Assembly: GCF_004010195.1 (NCBI RefSeq)
Contig: NC_057720.1
Coordinates: 10,899,181 to 10,963,180, forward strand
Direction: 5' to 3'
DNA length: 64,000 nucleotides
DNA from: Chiloscyllium plagiosum
Taxonomy: Eukaryota
Positions 26,423 through 39,941 of the stretch are shown piece by piece. A model generated the notes under the pieces. It saw only the letters and a list, made by a program, of their open reading frames with translations, ran no database searches and was not told the origin of the DNA. The first letter of the stretch is position 1. Each line of letters starts with the position of its first letter. The position numbers were made by a program, and so were the translations under genes.

Positions 26423-27907
26423 ATAGAGTCATAGAGTCATAGAGCACGGAAACAGACCCTTCGGTCCAACCCATCCATGCCGATCAGATATCCCAACCCA
26501 TTCTAGTCCCACCTACCAGCTCCCAGCCCATATCCCTCCAAACCCTTCCGATTCATATATCCATCCAAATGCCTCTTAAGTGTTGTAATTGTACCAGCCT
26601 CCACCACTTCCTCTGGCAGCTCATTCCATACACATACCACCCTCTGCATGAAAAAGCTGCCCTGTAGGTCTCTTTTATAACTTTCCCCTATCACCCTAAA
26701 CCTATGCCCTCCAGTTCTGGACTCCCCGACCCCAAGGAGAAGACTTTGCCAATTTATCCTATCCATGCCCCTCATAATTTTGTGAACCTTTATAAGGTCA
26801 CCCCTCAACTTCCGATGCTCCAGGGAAAACAGCCCCAGCCTGTTCAGCCTCTCACTATAGATCAAATCCTCCAACCCTAGCAACATCCTTGTAAATCTTT
26901 TCTGAACTCTTTCAAGTTTCACAACATCTTTCCGATAGGAAGGAGACCAGAATTGCACGCAATATTCCAACAGTGGCCTCACCAATGTCCTATACAGCCG
27001 CAACATGACCTCCCAACTCCTATACTCAATACTCTGACCAATAAAGGAAAGCATATAAAACACCTTCCTCACTATCCTATCTACCTGCGACTCCACTTTC
27101 AAGGAGCTATGAACCTGCACTCCGAGGTCTCTTTGTTCAGCAACACTCCCTAGGACCTTACCATTAACTGTATAAGTCCTGCTAAGATTTGCTTTCCCAA
27201 AATGCAGCACCTTGCATTTATCTGAATTAAACTCCATCTGCCACTTCTCAGCCCATTGGCCCATCTGGTCAAGATCCTGTTGTAATCTGAGATAACTCTC
27301 TTCGCTGTCCACTACACCTCCAATTTTGATGTCATCTGCAAACTTACTAACTGTACCTCTTATGCTCACATCCAAATCATTTATGTAAATGACAAAAAGT
27401 AGAGGGCCCAGCACCAAACCTTGTGGCACTCCACTGGTCACAGGCCTCCAGTCTGAAAAACAACCCTCCACCACCACCCTCTGTCTTCTACCTTTGAGTC
27501 AGTTCTTTCTCCAAATGGCTAGTTCTCCCGGTATTCCATGTGATCTAACCATGCTAATCAGTCTCCCATGGGGAACCTTGTCGATCGCCTTATTGAAGTC
27601 CATATAGATCACATCTACTGCTTTGCCCTCATCAATCCTCTTTGCTACTTCTTCAAAAAACTCAATCAAGTTTGTGAGACATGATTTCCCATGCGCAAAG
27701 CCATGTTGACTATCCCTAATCAGTCCTTGCCTTTCCAAATACATGTACATCCTGTCCCTCAGGATTCCCTCCAACAACTTGCCCACCACCGAGATCAGGC
27801 TCACCGGTTTATAGTTCCCTGGCTTGTCTTTACCGTCCTTCTTAAACAGTGGAACCACGTTTGCCAACCTCCAGTCTTCCGGCATCTCACCTGTGACTAT
27901 CGATGAT
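26423..27907 (-). mobile_element. Young 5'-truncated CR1/HER1 LINE (RT and C-terminus)
   Basis: ORFs 27499-27927 and 26503-27477 (324 aa) carry the RT motifs with a single break; ctctatgact tail. Confidence 0.95.
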
Positions 27908-28149
27908 AATCCCTTGCGGAGTCTCACTTAGATTCAGAGCTGTACTCTGCATGTAACAGGAAGAAGTACCTCAATAGTCAATATAGTGTGCAATCAACAC
28001 TTTTATTAAAGAATTAGTAATAATCTAAACATAAATCATTTTAAAACTCTTTCTATGTATATTGTACACACACGTGTATAAATATAGACTTAAAGAAAGA
28101 AAGGCAACTTCATAGCAGCACACAATGGTAACCCCAAATTGATCTAGAC

Positions 28150-28322
28150 ACAAGTGACGACTGCAGATACTGGAAACCAGAGTCAAGGTTAGAGTGATGC
28201 TGGAAAAGCACAGCAGGTCAGGCAGCATCCGAGGATCAGGAAAATCGACGTTTCGAGTAAAAGCCCTTCATCAGGAATGGAGTTGAAGGGCTTTTGCACG
28301 AAACATCGATTTTCCTGCTCCT
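28150..28322. mobile_element. Palindromic family A element
   Basis: gactgcagatactgg head; hammerhead core on the minus strand and a degenerate inverted copy. Confidence 0.75.
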
Positions 28323-28733
28323 GGCAACAGCCAAAAAGAAAACCATCAGTTCAGACAAAACAACAGCTACAAAATAGCCCTTGAGGAAATAAACAAGTTT
28401 GCACTTATTAATATTAATATTCATCACATAATCGATTAGAAGTTCAACTTTGACAAAGTAATGTTTAATAAAAATAACAATACAGGTTGCTTTAAAATCA
28501 AAAGAAAGGAAATAAAATTCTAAATATTACACACAAAGGTTAGTGACTGTAGGTTTCAGGCTTCCAAAGCAAGTGTGGGGAGGGAGATATGGTCAGAAGC
28601 AGGAAGTAGGCCTGAGACCTCCCATGATGCCAGAGGTGACACCACCAATCTGCAGGTCCCTATGTTTGTAACAGCGTACTCTAACAGCGGACCCTCATTC
28701 TAAAATATACCAGCCCACATCACATGATCTATT

Positions 28734-29287
28734 TCAGCCAACAATACCACTGTGTATTACCATGGGAACCAGTGAAAACTCTTCACTCTCAGCAAATTTT
28801 GGACAAAAGGCAGGAAACACCGGTTCCTTTAGTGTACAATAAAACGTGTACAAACACCGCACCGATTCTGCATCACAAACAGCAAGAATGTCACTGTCAC
28901 AGTCCAGATAGACTCCAATGTTCTCCAGTTGGTTTTCGTAGCGGAAATACCTCACCTCGGTGTCGTGTTGGGCACAATAAAGGCCCCTTTCCGAGCAAGA
29001 AAACACCCATGAGTTTTCCTCAGATCCCAGTTTGCTTCCTGGAAGCGTGCGCGGAATACTCTGGTAGGCTATCCCCACAGCCCAGGAAGGAATGTTTTTC
29101 ACATTAACCCCCCAGTAGTGAAGTCCAGTGATGTAGCCTGCCGTGGCAAGTACATTGAGAGAGCTGCGGAAGTGTTCTGCGTTACACCACTTACTTTGCT
29201 CCGCTTCAACAACTTCAACTGCTGTACCCTTCCTGCTTATTTTCAGCTGGAGATGAGCAGTGTTCATATCTAATTGAACAGGTTGAT
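28734..29287 (-). pseudogene. TRIM terminal exon: PRY-SPRY (B30.2) domain, reading frame still open
   Basis: QLDMNTAHLQLKIS...GLHYWGVNV...WAVGIAYQSIPR...LGSEENSW...IGVYLDCDSDILA...LYTF...EPVFPAF; acceptor ttctag|AT, phase 1. Confidence 0.92.
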
Positions 29288-29989
29288 CTAGAAGGTGGGG
29301 AAATGAAAACATAGATCAGTTAAAGTCACACTGAAACAAGAAGTGACCCTACTTTGACCAGAACCCTCAAAATTTGGAATACCTGTATCAGATCCCCTCT
29401 CAGTTCTCTTTTCCAAATAAAACAGCCCTATCAGAAGGATCACTTGGGTTGTTCTGTTACCAAGGAGCTGTGAGTAGAGCTGAACTCTAGAATCAACAGG
29501 TGGCCACCCCAAACTGGAGATCCTAATGGGGGGACAATTATTAAAATTAAGTAGCTGGAAGTGTTTGGCTTAATATCACAGTCCAAGGGACAATCGATAT
29601 CTGGTCTGTAACAACCACAAGCATCTTGCTTTTTGCCTAATCCTATGGTTCTGGCTGTTGGAAGGTGTTCACTTTGACACGTACAAATCAATATTTCTAG
29701 GATTCAATAGTGTCATACTCAGCTGATGTCAAAGTTGGTTTCTCTATGCTTTGCCCTGTCACTCAGCTCTGATGCCAATGCTTGGATCAAATTCTGTAGC
29801 CAAGATATGTTCACAAAACCTGTAATAATTAATCAAGTGGAATTTGACAAACTAGATATTATGGAGGTTAGGAAGATGAGAACTGGAAAGTACAGGTTAA
29901 CACATGCAGGTAACATTTTTTTTCCTACATAAATAAGGCTGACATAAATGACTAAAAATTAGACAAACATACATGCAGGAGCCAAGGGA

Positions 29990-30218
29990 TCCAAGGAGCA
30001 ACTTTTTCATGCAGAGGGTGCTGTGTGTATGGAATAAACTACCAGAGGTAGTGTTGGTGGAGGCTGGTACAATTACAACACTTAAAAGGCAGCTGGATGG
30101 GTATATGAATAGGAAGGATTTAGAAGGATGCAACCATATGCTGGCAAATGGGACGAGATTAATTTAGAGCATCTGGTCGGCATGGACAAGTTAGACTGAA
30201 AAGTCTGTTTCCATGCAG
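29990..30218 (+). mobile_element. CR1 3' end
   Basis: NFFMQRV..VWNKLPE; CR1 3' UTR. Confidence 0.85.
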
Positions 30219-30543
30219 TGTCCAAAGTTCTAATATAGTACAAGTTGATTTGTTTTAATTACACTAAAGTGACTTTATCCATTCTACTGTATGACCAAGA
30301 TGGAACATGACACATGAGGGTAATTGGCAGACACTTGCCAGTTCTATCCGCGCTCTTTTTCTTTAAGATGGTAATCCTCGAGGTCTGGTTTGGATGGTGA
30401 GGGAAAAAAATCTGCTAATCACACTGGGCAGCAACTAGCTCTGGTCTGGGAAAATTATATATTTATGCAATTTGGATATAACGGCACGTTCAGTTTCACT
30501 GACCCAGCTGCATATTGCACTAATGCATGCAACACTGACTTAC

Positions 30544-30680
30544 GTGAAAATAGTTCACTATAAGATGTTAAAATTCTCTGACTAATGATGCTCTTTGTAA
30601 AGTGCGCCTCTATATTTTGTAAGTCGTTTCTCACATCCTGGAGATCCTTGAAATCAAGGTCCTGTTCTTTAATCTCAGTG
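30544..30680 (-). pseudogene. TRIM linker exon
   Basis: ttcatag|C TEIKEQDLDFKDLQDVRNDLQNIEAHF...ELFS C|gtaagt; 137 nt, phase 2-1. Confidence 0.7.
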
Positions 30681-31509
30681 CTATGAAAGCATTAACAATA
30701 AAAAAAAGCACTGTATTTTCTTTTAAATTGACCACAGAAGATTGCGAATCGAAATGACAGGTTTCCAAGTTTTAAAAGGATTTCTTCAATTTTTGTTTAA
30801 ACACACACACCAAAGGCCAGTCCCTTCTAACGAATCTTAGGGAAACATGGTCTAGACAGGAACAAAATGCAACTTTGCCAGCATGCAACAAATATTTCCA
30901 TCTATCAGAAACACTGTTACTGCTTAATTCCTGTTGGGGTTATATAAAGCCCTTGTTAAACACTGTTATACTACGATGAGGCCTACTATATTGAATCCAA
31001 CATATCACAGGTGAAAAGATTTAGGTTTTTTTTGTTCATTGATGGGATGCGAACATCGCTGGCTTGGCAGCATTTATTGCCCATCCTGCAGTTAAGAGTC
31101 AACCACATTGCTGTGGGTCTGCAGTCACATGTAGGCCAGACCAGGTAAGAACATAGAGCATAGAACAGTCCTGCACAGTACGGCCAAAGATGTTGTGCCG
31201 AGCATTTATCTTAATCTAAGACCAGCCTAACCTACACATCCCTCAATTTATTGCTGTTGATGTGCTTGTCCATCAGTCACTTAAACGTCTCTAACGTCTC
31301 TGCCTCTACTACCACTCCTGGCAGTGTATTCAATACAACCACCACTCTCTGCTCCTCAGATGCTGCCAGAAGTGCTGAGCTTTTCCAGCAACACACTCTT
31401 GATTCTGTGTAATGAACCTTCCTCTGACATCTCCCCTGTACCTTCCTCCAATCACCTTAAAATTATGATCCCTCAAGACAGCCATTTCTGCCCGGGGGAA
31501 AAGTCTCTG

Positions 31510-31749
31510 GCTAGGTGAAAGTGAGGACTGCAGATGCTGGAGATCAGAGTCAAGGTCAGAGTGGTGCTGGAAATGCACAGCAGGTCAGGCAGCATCCGAC
31601 GAGCAGGAAAATCGACGTTTCGGGCCAAAGCCCTTCATCAGGAATCTTCTTATTTCTGATGAAGGACTTTGCCTGAAATGTTGATTTTCCTGTTCCTCGG
31701 ATGCTGCTTGACCTACTGTGCTTTTCTAGCACCACTCTAATTTTGACAC
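31510..31749. mobile_element. Palindromic family A element nested in a CR1-type tail
   Basis: TSD aaaagtctctg at 31499-31509 and 31750-31760; two opposed hammerhead cores. Confidence 0.8.
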
Positions 31750-32094
31750 AAAAGTCTCTGATTATCTACTCTATCTATGCCTCTCATTACCTCAGATGGC
31801 AGTTTCCTTCCCTTAGGAACGTTACTGAACCAGATGGGTTTTTCCCCTGACATGAAATAATGGATTCATGATCATCACTAGATTCCTAATTCCAGGCATT
31901 TTATTAAACTCAACTTCCACCATCTGCTGTGGTGAGATACAAACCCAGGTCCCCAGACTGTTTGTTGGGTTTCTGGATTAATAATCCAGCGATAATACCA
32001 CTAAGCCATCACCTCCCATTGAGCTAAATTGACACGTACTTATTTGTATAAATCCAACAGTAACAAAACATCAATTGTACTTCATTAGTTATAA

Positions 32095-32550
32095 AGTCAT
32101 AGAGTCATAGAGATATACAGCATGGAAACAGACCCTTCGATCCAACCCGTCCATGCCGATCAGATACCCCAACCAATCTAGTCCCACCAGCCAGCACCCG
32201 GCCCATCTCCCTCCAAACCCTTCCTATTCATATACCCATCCAAATGCCTCTTAAATGTTGCAATTGTACCAGCCTCCACTACTTCCTCTGGCAGCTCATT
32301 CCATACACGTACCATCCTCTGTGTGAAAAAGTTGCCCCTTAGGTCTCTTTTATATCTTTCCCCTCTCACCCTAAACCTATGCCCTCTAGTTCTGGACTCC
32401 CTGACCCCAGGGAAAAGACTTTGTCTATTTACCCTATCCATGCCCCTCATAATTTTGTAAACCTCTATAAAGTCACCCCTCACATCAAAATCATTTATGT
32501 AAATGACAAAAAGTAGAGGACCCAGCATCGATCCTTGTGGCACTCCACGC
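32095..32550 (-). mobile_element. Internally deleted CR1 3' fragment
   Basis: GVPQGS..YINDFDV joined directly to RGDFIEVYKIM. Confidence 0.88.
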
Positions 32551-34137
32551 AAATCTTTCTTTGGAATAGGACAGAAATTGTCTTTTACTTCCTCGTTAGA
32601 TTACTCTGAAAGAGCATGCTAGTAGTGTAAGTTTCCAAATTCAATTTCTTCAGGCATCAAAGTCAAGAGATTACAAATAAAGCTGCCTGATCTGAGGTAC
32701 AATGTTCAGTAACTTGTTATGGGTCACTACATGTGGCAACTCTAAATATCGCATGATCATGTGCTCATGGTGTGCTCTGCATTTGTTGCCATCCCCATCC
32801 CTAACTGCCCACCATTTCAGAGGATGGTTAAGAATCAACCACATTGCTGTGCGGCTGGAGTCACATGTAGAGCAGACTGGGTGTGAATGCCAGAGATCCT
32901 TTGTTAAAAGGACATCTGTGAACCAGACGGATTTAACAATGTTCGATGATAATTAATGTGCCGAATATTACTGAGATTAGTTTTATTTCCAGATTTATTA
33001 ACATAATTTAAATTACATCAATTGCTATCGCAAAGATCATTACCTGGGTCTCTATTTACTCATTATATGACAGCAGGCGCAATGGCCCTGTGGTATTATC
33101 GCTGGACTGTTAATCCAAATACCAAGGTAACTGCCTGGAGTCTAAACCAAGGTTCAAATCCTACCATGACAGATGGTGAAATTTGAATTTAATAAATATC
33201 TGGAATTCAGAGTCTAATCACAACCAGAAATGTATTGTTGATCGTCAGGAAAACCTATGTGGTTCACTCGGAAGGAAATGGCTATCCTTAGCTGGTTGGG
33301 CCTAAGAATGACCCAGAGGGCAATTACCAAAGCAGAGAATCCCTGCAGTGTGGAAGCAGGCCATTCAGCCAATTGAGTCCATACTGACTTTCCAAAGAGC
33401 ATCTCACCCACATATCCCATCCCTGTAACCCTACTAATCCACCTAACCTGCACATCCTTGGACAGTACAGGCAATTTAGCATGGCCAATCTACCTAACCT
33501 GCACATCTTTGGATTTTGGGAGGAACCTGGGAAATAAGTGCTTGTCTAAACAGCGATGCTCACATCCCATGAATGGATATTTTTAAAAAACCTCCCCAGA
33601 ATCAGAGCTGCCGAAATTATCGGTTTTGTGTGTGTGTATGAGAGAGTGAGAGAGAGAGAGAATCTCCTCTAATAGTAATCATTTACCTGTAAGATGAAAA
33701 CATAAAATGCACTCAACTATTTAGTTATCTGGGTGCCCAACTCCCTCCCATTAGTGCAGGACTGCCCAAAGTGCAGTGGGGTCCCAAACAGGGCTTTGTA
33801 AGCTGTGATACAGCCATGGTGTTCTGCCCTCTCACGCTCCTCGGTCTGTTCTCACAGGCCTTTAACTCTCCCTTTCCCAGGGGCTCCCAGAGGTCCTCCC
33901 TCTTTCATTCTCAGCTCTCATAGGTCTTAGCCTCGACTCCCAGAAACTGCAGCACATGCTCCCAACTTTCATATTTCACTGAGGGATCGCGATGAATCTC
34001 AAGCCTTAAACTGGGGCAACGGTAGAAATATTTTGTGCTTCAGTCATTAGTTTAATGCAATTTTGTTTTGGAGCAAAGAAAATCAAAAGAGTGGTTCAGA
34101 TGATCAAATCAGTTTCACATGTTTAATGTACAATTGC

Positions 34138-34460
34138 ACAGCACGGTGGCTCAATGGTTGGCACTGCTGTCTCACAGCGTCGGGCATCTGGTTTGATTCC
34201 AGCCTTGGGTGACTGTCTGTGTGGAGTTCTACCTGTGTCTGTGTGGGTTTCCTCCGGGTGCTCTGGCTTCCTCCCACAGTCCAAAGATGTAGATCGGCCA
34301 TGTTAAATTGCCCATAGTGTCCAGGGGTGTGCAGGGGACGTGGACCAGCCTGAGAAATGCAGGGTTACGGGGATAGGGTCTGATTGGGTCTGAGATGCTC
34401 TTCGGAGGGTTGGTGCAGACTTGATGGGCCAAATATGCTCTACTTGTACTGTAGGGATTC
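34138..34460 (+). mobile_element. SINE (HE1/V-SINE-like)
   Basis: gcacggtggctcaatggttggcactgctg head and family core. Confidence 0.82.
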
Positions 34461-34708
34461 TATAATTGTAGCCTGTGAACATCTGTAAAATGGCATGTGC
34501 TCTTATTTTAACTGGTGAGGTGCTGTATAAAATTAATGAGACAACAATCTTTTCAGATTGCTGCAATAGGATGGTACAACTGGGATTCTCAATCAACAAG
34601 TTCACTGACAGAGCAAAATCAAAGCCACAAATAAAGCACTATCCAACAGGCATATAGAAATTCTCTTAACCTAGCTGAAGCATGTCAACTACTTAAAGAC
34701 AAACTTAC

Positions 34709-34728
34709 CTCTTGACACTGTCCAGAAT
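34709..34728 (-). pseudogene. TRIM micro-exon (20 nt)
   Basis: tcttatttatag|ATTCTGGACAGTGTCAAGAG|gtaagt; phase 0-2 joins exon 3 exactly to the phase-2 start of the 30544-30680 exon. Confidence 0.65.
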
Positions 34729-35461
34729 CTATAAATAAGATTAAAAAATTATGATAGTTATCAACAAGTTAATTGCAGAATATACTAAAACAGGATTTAG
34801 GTAATTGGTTATTTTAATCAAGTGAACAGGCTAGTTGGCTTAATTTTACAAAATGCAAAGGGATTCAGTCCCTGACGGTACATGTTGTCCACCTACTGGT
34901 TGATATAGGAAGTACAAGGCATTCTTATTTAACCACACAATTCATGTACGTGAACTAGGAACTCCTGCGGCACAGTGGTAATGTCCCTACCTCTGGACCA
35001 GGAGGCCTGGATACAAGTCCCACTTGCTCCAGATTTATGTCATAATATTTCTGAACAGGTTGATCAAAGCAACCTGATATTGACAAGTAATATCCATTTT
35101 TAAATCTGCTAATGATAACCTTGCATGACAGAGCCAAACTAATTAAGGGTCTTTGTGACATAGTTGTAGTGTCCTTACTTCTGAGCCAGGAGGCCCAGAT
35201 ACAAGCCTTACCCTCTCCAGAGGCACGTAACAATATCTTTGAACAGGTTCATTAGGAAATATTGGCAATTTATTTGAATTCAAGCAGGTGATGAGGAAAT
35301 ATCTACTTTAATATTGCTATATCGCATGCAGCAGTTAACTGTCCAATGTATACTTCACTGATCAGTAACTAAATCACTAAAGATACTGATTTCCCATAGC
35401 TCTGCAGCTTAAATATGAAGTTACTGATTATAAGCGTATCCATTTTAAAACAAAAACCTAC

Positions 35462-35695
35462 CTGCAGCAATTGCATAGGGCTGTTGACACAAATCCTAAT
35501 CTGCAAAATACCTTTAGCTTGTTGTCGCTTTGCCTGCAATTGTTTCAGTTTCGATTTCTCACAGTCAACCATCAGATTCAGTTGGGCAGTTGCAACAGAA
35601 AATCATTTTTTCCATGCTCGCTCCACAATGTCAAGAAAAAGCTGGACTTTCTTGAAGAAATTCAAATGTGTCCGTTGCTGTTTTTCCAACTTGTC
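35462..35695 (-). pseudogene. TRIM exon 3 (coiled coil), 234 nt with in-frame TGA
   Basis: ag|DKLEKQQRTHLNFFKKVQLFLDIVERAWKK*FSV...SPMQLLQ|gtaggt; TGA at 35603-35605. Confidence 0.8.
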
Positions 35696-37435
35696 CTAAT
35701 TAAAAGAGACACGTGAAAGCACATAATGTAAAATATTGTTAGGTTTGCATTCACTAGATCATTTCCAGACCTAGGTGGCATAGAATCCATCTCTGCGTAA
35801 AACAGAACCTACAATTTCATAATGAATTAAAACACTTTAACAGCTCCTGAAGATATCACGATATGGTTCAGAAAAGTCAGAATTACAATATTGTTACAAA
35901 GGAGGCCATTTGGCCCATCATGCTTACACATATTCTTTAAATGAGCAATTCCCCAAGTATCATTCTTCCCTTTACCCCAGACATTTTTCTTTTCAGTTTC
36001 CTGTATAAATCCTTTCTGAATGCTTCAGATGAATCAACCGCTACCATACACACAGGTAAACACATTCCAGAGCCCAATCACTTGCTGCATGAAAAGGATT
36101 TTCCATGCATAGCTTTTGCTTCTTTTACCAATTACTTTAAATCTCTGTCCTTTTGTTTGGAAAACTTATTTATTGTTGCATGCTGTTACAATCCTAAACC
36201 AGGAGAAAGGGAAGACTGCAGATGCTGGAGATCAGAGTCGAAGAGTGCGGTGCTGGAAAAGCACAGCCGGTCAGGTAAGGTTTCTTACTACACTCTGACT
36301 AAATAGCACTAACGTCTCTTATAAACATTGACAAAGTTCTCTAAGAGATTTAGGGGCTGCACTAAGAGAATAAAGCCTCAAGATTCCACAGTCTTATCCA
36401 AAAGTCAATGAGCTTTACGATCCAACATGAGCATAGTAACCCAATCCCGACTGCATGTACAGCTAGGTTCAAACACAAAATTGACATGTGGTAACAATGA
36501 GTTACAGAGTATGTTCAAACATCTTACAGGGCACATCCAACAGCAAAGGAGATTGAGGCTGATCCCAATCCTAGATTTCTCAGAGACACAATAGATCAAG
36601 AAATTTCATTAAACTCCAGAAAGGATCACAATTCTTCATTTTTGCTGCTTTGGATTGAAATTCCCTTTCAAAGGCACTCTGTCATGAGGTGTCACAACTC
36701 CTGCTCTAGTCTGGTCACCTTTCTCTCCTATGTGTGTACATATATGCTCCCCTAGACTCTGAAACTACACTCACATACTTATTCACAAATATTTTATCTA
36801 AAGTCTAATATTTTTCTTGAATTTAATAATTAACCAAAAGTTACTCTTAAATATCTGTTTTATTGAAGCCTTAAAAATCAGGGAAATGCAAGCTGGGAAA
36901 AAAGTTTGTTAATTACTGGCTAGTTTAAACTAGTTAATTGAAACTTGAGTCAGTTGTTTTCAGGAAGCATAAATAGAGGCCTACCTGGAGGTGTCTTGTC
37001 TGAACTGAATGCTGCTTTGTTTATTCAGAATGTAAAGTGGGGGTTCAGTGAGTTAGAGGGAGTTTTGAGAGAGGGAAAATGGGAAGGAGGTGCTTCTTTC
37101 TTAGAATCACAGAATTTTACAGTAGAGCAGCAGGCCATTCGATCCATTGTGTCTGTACCAGTGCCTTAAACAGCTACTAGTCCCCATTCTCCACAGTCCT
37201 AATGAAGGGCCCTGCTCTTCTGATGTGACTTGACCAGCTGTGATTTTGTCAGAACCACATTTTATCGACTCAGTCCCATTCTCCAGCTTTGCTTCTCTCC
37301 CTTCCGTAACCCTCTAAATTCATAATTTTCAAATTATGGCTCTCTTTTGAAATCTCCAATGGAATTCACCTCCATACTCTCCCAGGGAGTGCATTCCAAA
37401 TCCTAAATTCAAGACGTTTCTCCTCTTCATCTGAT

Positions 37436-37730
37436 TTTAGATTAATTAGATTTCCTATATAGTGTGGGAACAGCCCTTTGGCCCAAAAGGTCCACACCGA
37501 CCCTCCGAAGAGTAACCCACCCAAACCTACTTCCCTTTGACTAATGCACCTATCCCTACGGACAATTTCACATGGCCAATTCACCTGACCTGCACATTTT
37601 TGGAACATGGGAGGAAACCCATGCAGACACGGGAAGAATCTGCAAACACAGACAGTTGCCCGAAGCTAGAATTGAACCTAGGACCCTGGTGCTGTAAGGT
37701 AGCAGTGCTAACCACTGAGCCACCGTGCCA
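37436..37730 (-). mobile_element. SINE (HE1/V-SINE-like)
   Basis: Reverse complement of the family head and tail. Confidence 0.82.
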
Positions 37731-38499
37731 CTCCCTATTTTAGGCTCCTGTATTAATTCATTTCTGTGAAGGGAAAATGGCTGATTGGTGAGTACTGGTA
37801 ATTTGTTCCATTCTTATTGCATTGAATTGATTGTAAAGTTATAGAATGACAGGTCAGTGGACTGGACATTCTGTGTTATGTGTGAAGTTATGGACACGCC
37901 ATACGTCCCAGACAAACACACGTGCAGAGATTGCCACCGGCTGCACAAGTTCAAGCTCTGGGGTTTGGAACTTGAGTGCTGGCCAATGGCAGTGTTGTGG
38001 GAGGCACGATTGGGAAATCTGCAAACGAAACACTTATTGGCCACGCCAATGGGAGTGAGTAAAGTTGCTGTTGACCGCAGGGTGACATCAACTTTTTCAA
38101 TGACATCAATCCAACCAGTGAATGGGAAGGTGGCAACTGGAGTACAATTCGGAAAAGTGGGAGGTTGTTCATTTGGGGAAAGCAAACAAAGTGAGGGGAT
38201 ATATAACACCAAGGGGAAAATATTGAGAGGAGAAGAGGAATGAGAGACCTTGGAGCGCATGTCCACAGGGCCCTGAAAATGGCAGGACAGCTAGAGAAGG
38301 TTGTGAGGGAGGTGTATAAGAAGCTTTCCTTCGTTGGGCAAGAAACTGAAAACAAAGCAGGGATGTAATGCTGGAATTAGATAAGACACAACAGTTCTAG
38401 CCACTTTTTAGGGGGCATTCAGAGGATGTGGATAGAGAACTGGTTAGCAGATTGGAAGCAAAGAGTTGGAATAAGTGGGTTCTTTTCAGTGAGGCAGGC

Positions 38500-39730
38500 A
38501 GTGGCTCCAACTAGTGCAGGGTTTCTCCCTAATTCCCACTGATTCCAGTTTTGCTCAGATCCTTGATGCCACAATCGGTCAAATACAGCCTTGCTGTCAA
38601 AGGCAGTCACTCTCACTTCACCAGAGGAGTTCAGCTCTTTTGTCTGTGTTTAGACGAAGGATGTAAAAGGGAAGGAGCTGTGGCTCTGGCAGAATCCAAA
38701 CTGGGGAGTCACTGTGCAGATTATTGCTAAACAAGTGCAGCCTGATACCATTGGTGATGATCCCTTCCATCACTACTGATGATGAAGAGTAGTCAATAAG
38801 TGGGTGCTTTTTCTGCCCGTTGCGCACAGGGCAATTTTCCACATTGTCAGGTAGATGCCAATGTTGTGCTGGATTAGCTTGGCTAAAGGCACAACAAGTT
38901 CTGGAGCACAAGTCTTCAGTATCATTGCTGAAATGTCGACAGAGGGCATCGCCTTTGCATTTTCTAGTACTGTCAGCCATTTCTTGATATCACGTGGAGT
39001 GAATCGAATTAGCTGAAGACCAGTATCTGTGATGCTAGGACGAGGGTGAAATGGACCATCCACTTGTTGCAATCACTTCAGCCTTATTTGTGCTGCGTTG
39101 GTGATAGGGATACTTGCACAGCCTCTGGCTCCAGTAAGCTGTTTCACTGTCCATTCATAACTGGATACAGCAGGACTATACAGTTTTGATCTGATCCATT
39201 AAGATGACTTGGCTCTATCTGTCACTTGCTGTTTGGCACACAAGCAGTCCTACTTTACAGCTTCATCTCAGGTACACCTGGGGCTGCTGCTTCTGCTTTC
39301 TACAACGACTCAGAGCTGACCCCCTGGCTTGACATCACTGGTACAGTGGGACATATTGCTGGGCCAAGAGGTTGCAGTTCAATATTGAATATAATTTTGC
39401 TGCCGTCAATGGCACACATCATCTCATAGATGCAGAGTCTTGAATTGTTAGATCTGTTCAAGATCAATCCCATTTGGTATGCCGCACAACATGATCGCAG
39501 GGTACCCTCAATGTGAAGATGGAACTTTGGCTGCACAAGGACTATGTGGTGGTTACTTGTAACCATGCTCTCATGGACAGATGCACCTGTGGCAAGTAGA
39601 TTCACGAGGGTGAGATCAGGTACATTCCTCCCTCTTGTTGCTTCGAATCTGCTGCAGACTCAGTCCAGCATCAACAAAGTCCAGGGCTTAACCATAGTCC
39701 AATCAGCAGGTGGTGCTGCTGAGCCATTAC
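38500..39730 (-). mobile_element. Older LINE of a different CR1/L2-clade family (APE and RT remnants)
   Basis: IRFTPRDIKKWL...LKTCAPELVVPLAKL...WKIA; VTAFDSKAVFDRLWHQG; SNHHIVLV. Confidence 0.7.
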
Positions 39731-39765
39731 ACAAAGGAAAGAGCTGCACAACAGCAATTGGTATT

Positions 39766-39938
39766 TTACAGAGGAATCTCAATTATCCGAACAAGATGGG
39801 TGGAGAGTATTTTGTTCGGAGAATTGAACATTCGGATAATCGAATGCCAGATAACACAGGTCAGCCAAGCATTGGGACCTTGCGATCTTGCTGGATAATT
39901 CAAAATTCGGATAGTCGAATGCCGGATAATTAAGGTTC
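39766..39938. mobile_element. MITE-like DNA transposon remnant (Tc1/pogo-like)
   Basis: TA-CAGAGGAATCTCAATTATCCG ... CGGATAATTAAGGTTCT imperfect TIRs; internal cggataat repeats. Confidence 0.55.
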
Positions 39939-39941
39939 TTT

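Noticed and set aside
29715-29819. Possible extra TRIM exon (ttacag|GT FVNISWLQNLIQALASE)
   Set aside because: Good acceptor but no canonical in-phase donor, and the flanking exons already join in phase; left unresolved
39780-39935. Short spaced repeats (cggataat) superficially resembling a CRISPR array
   Set aside because: Eukaryotic context, irregular spacing and mixed orientation; better explained as MITE subterminal repeats
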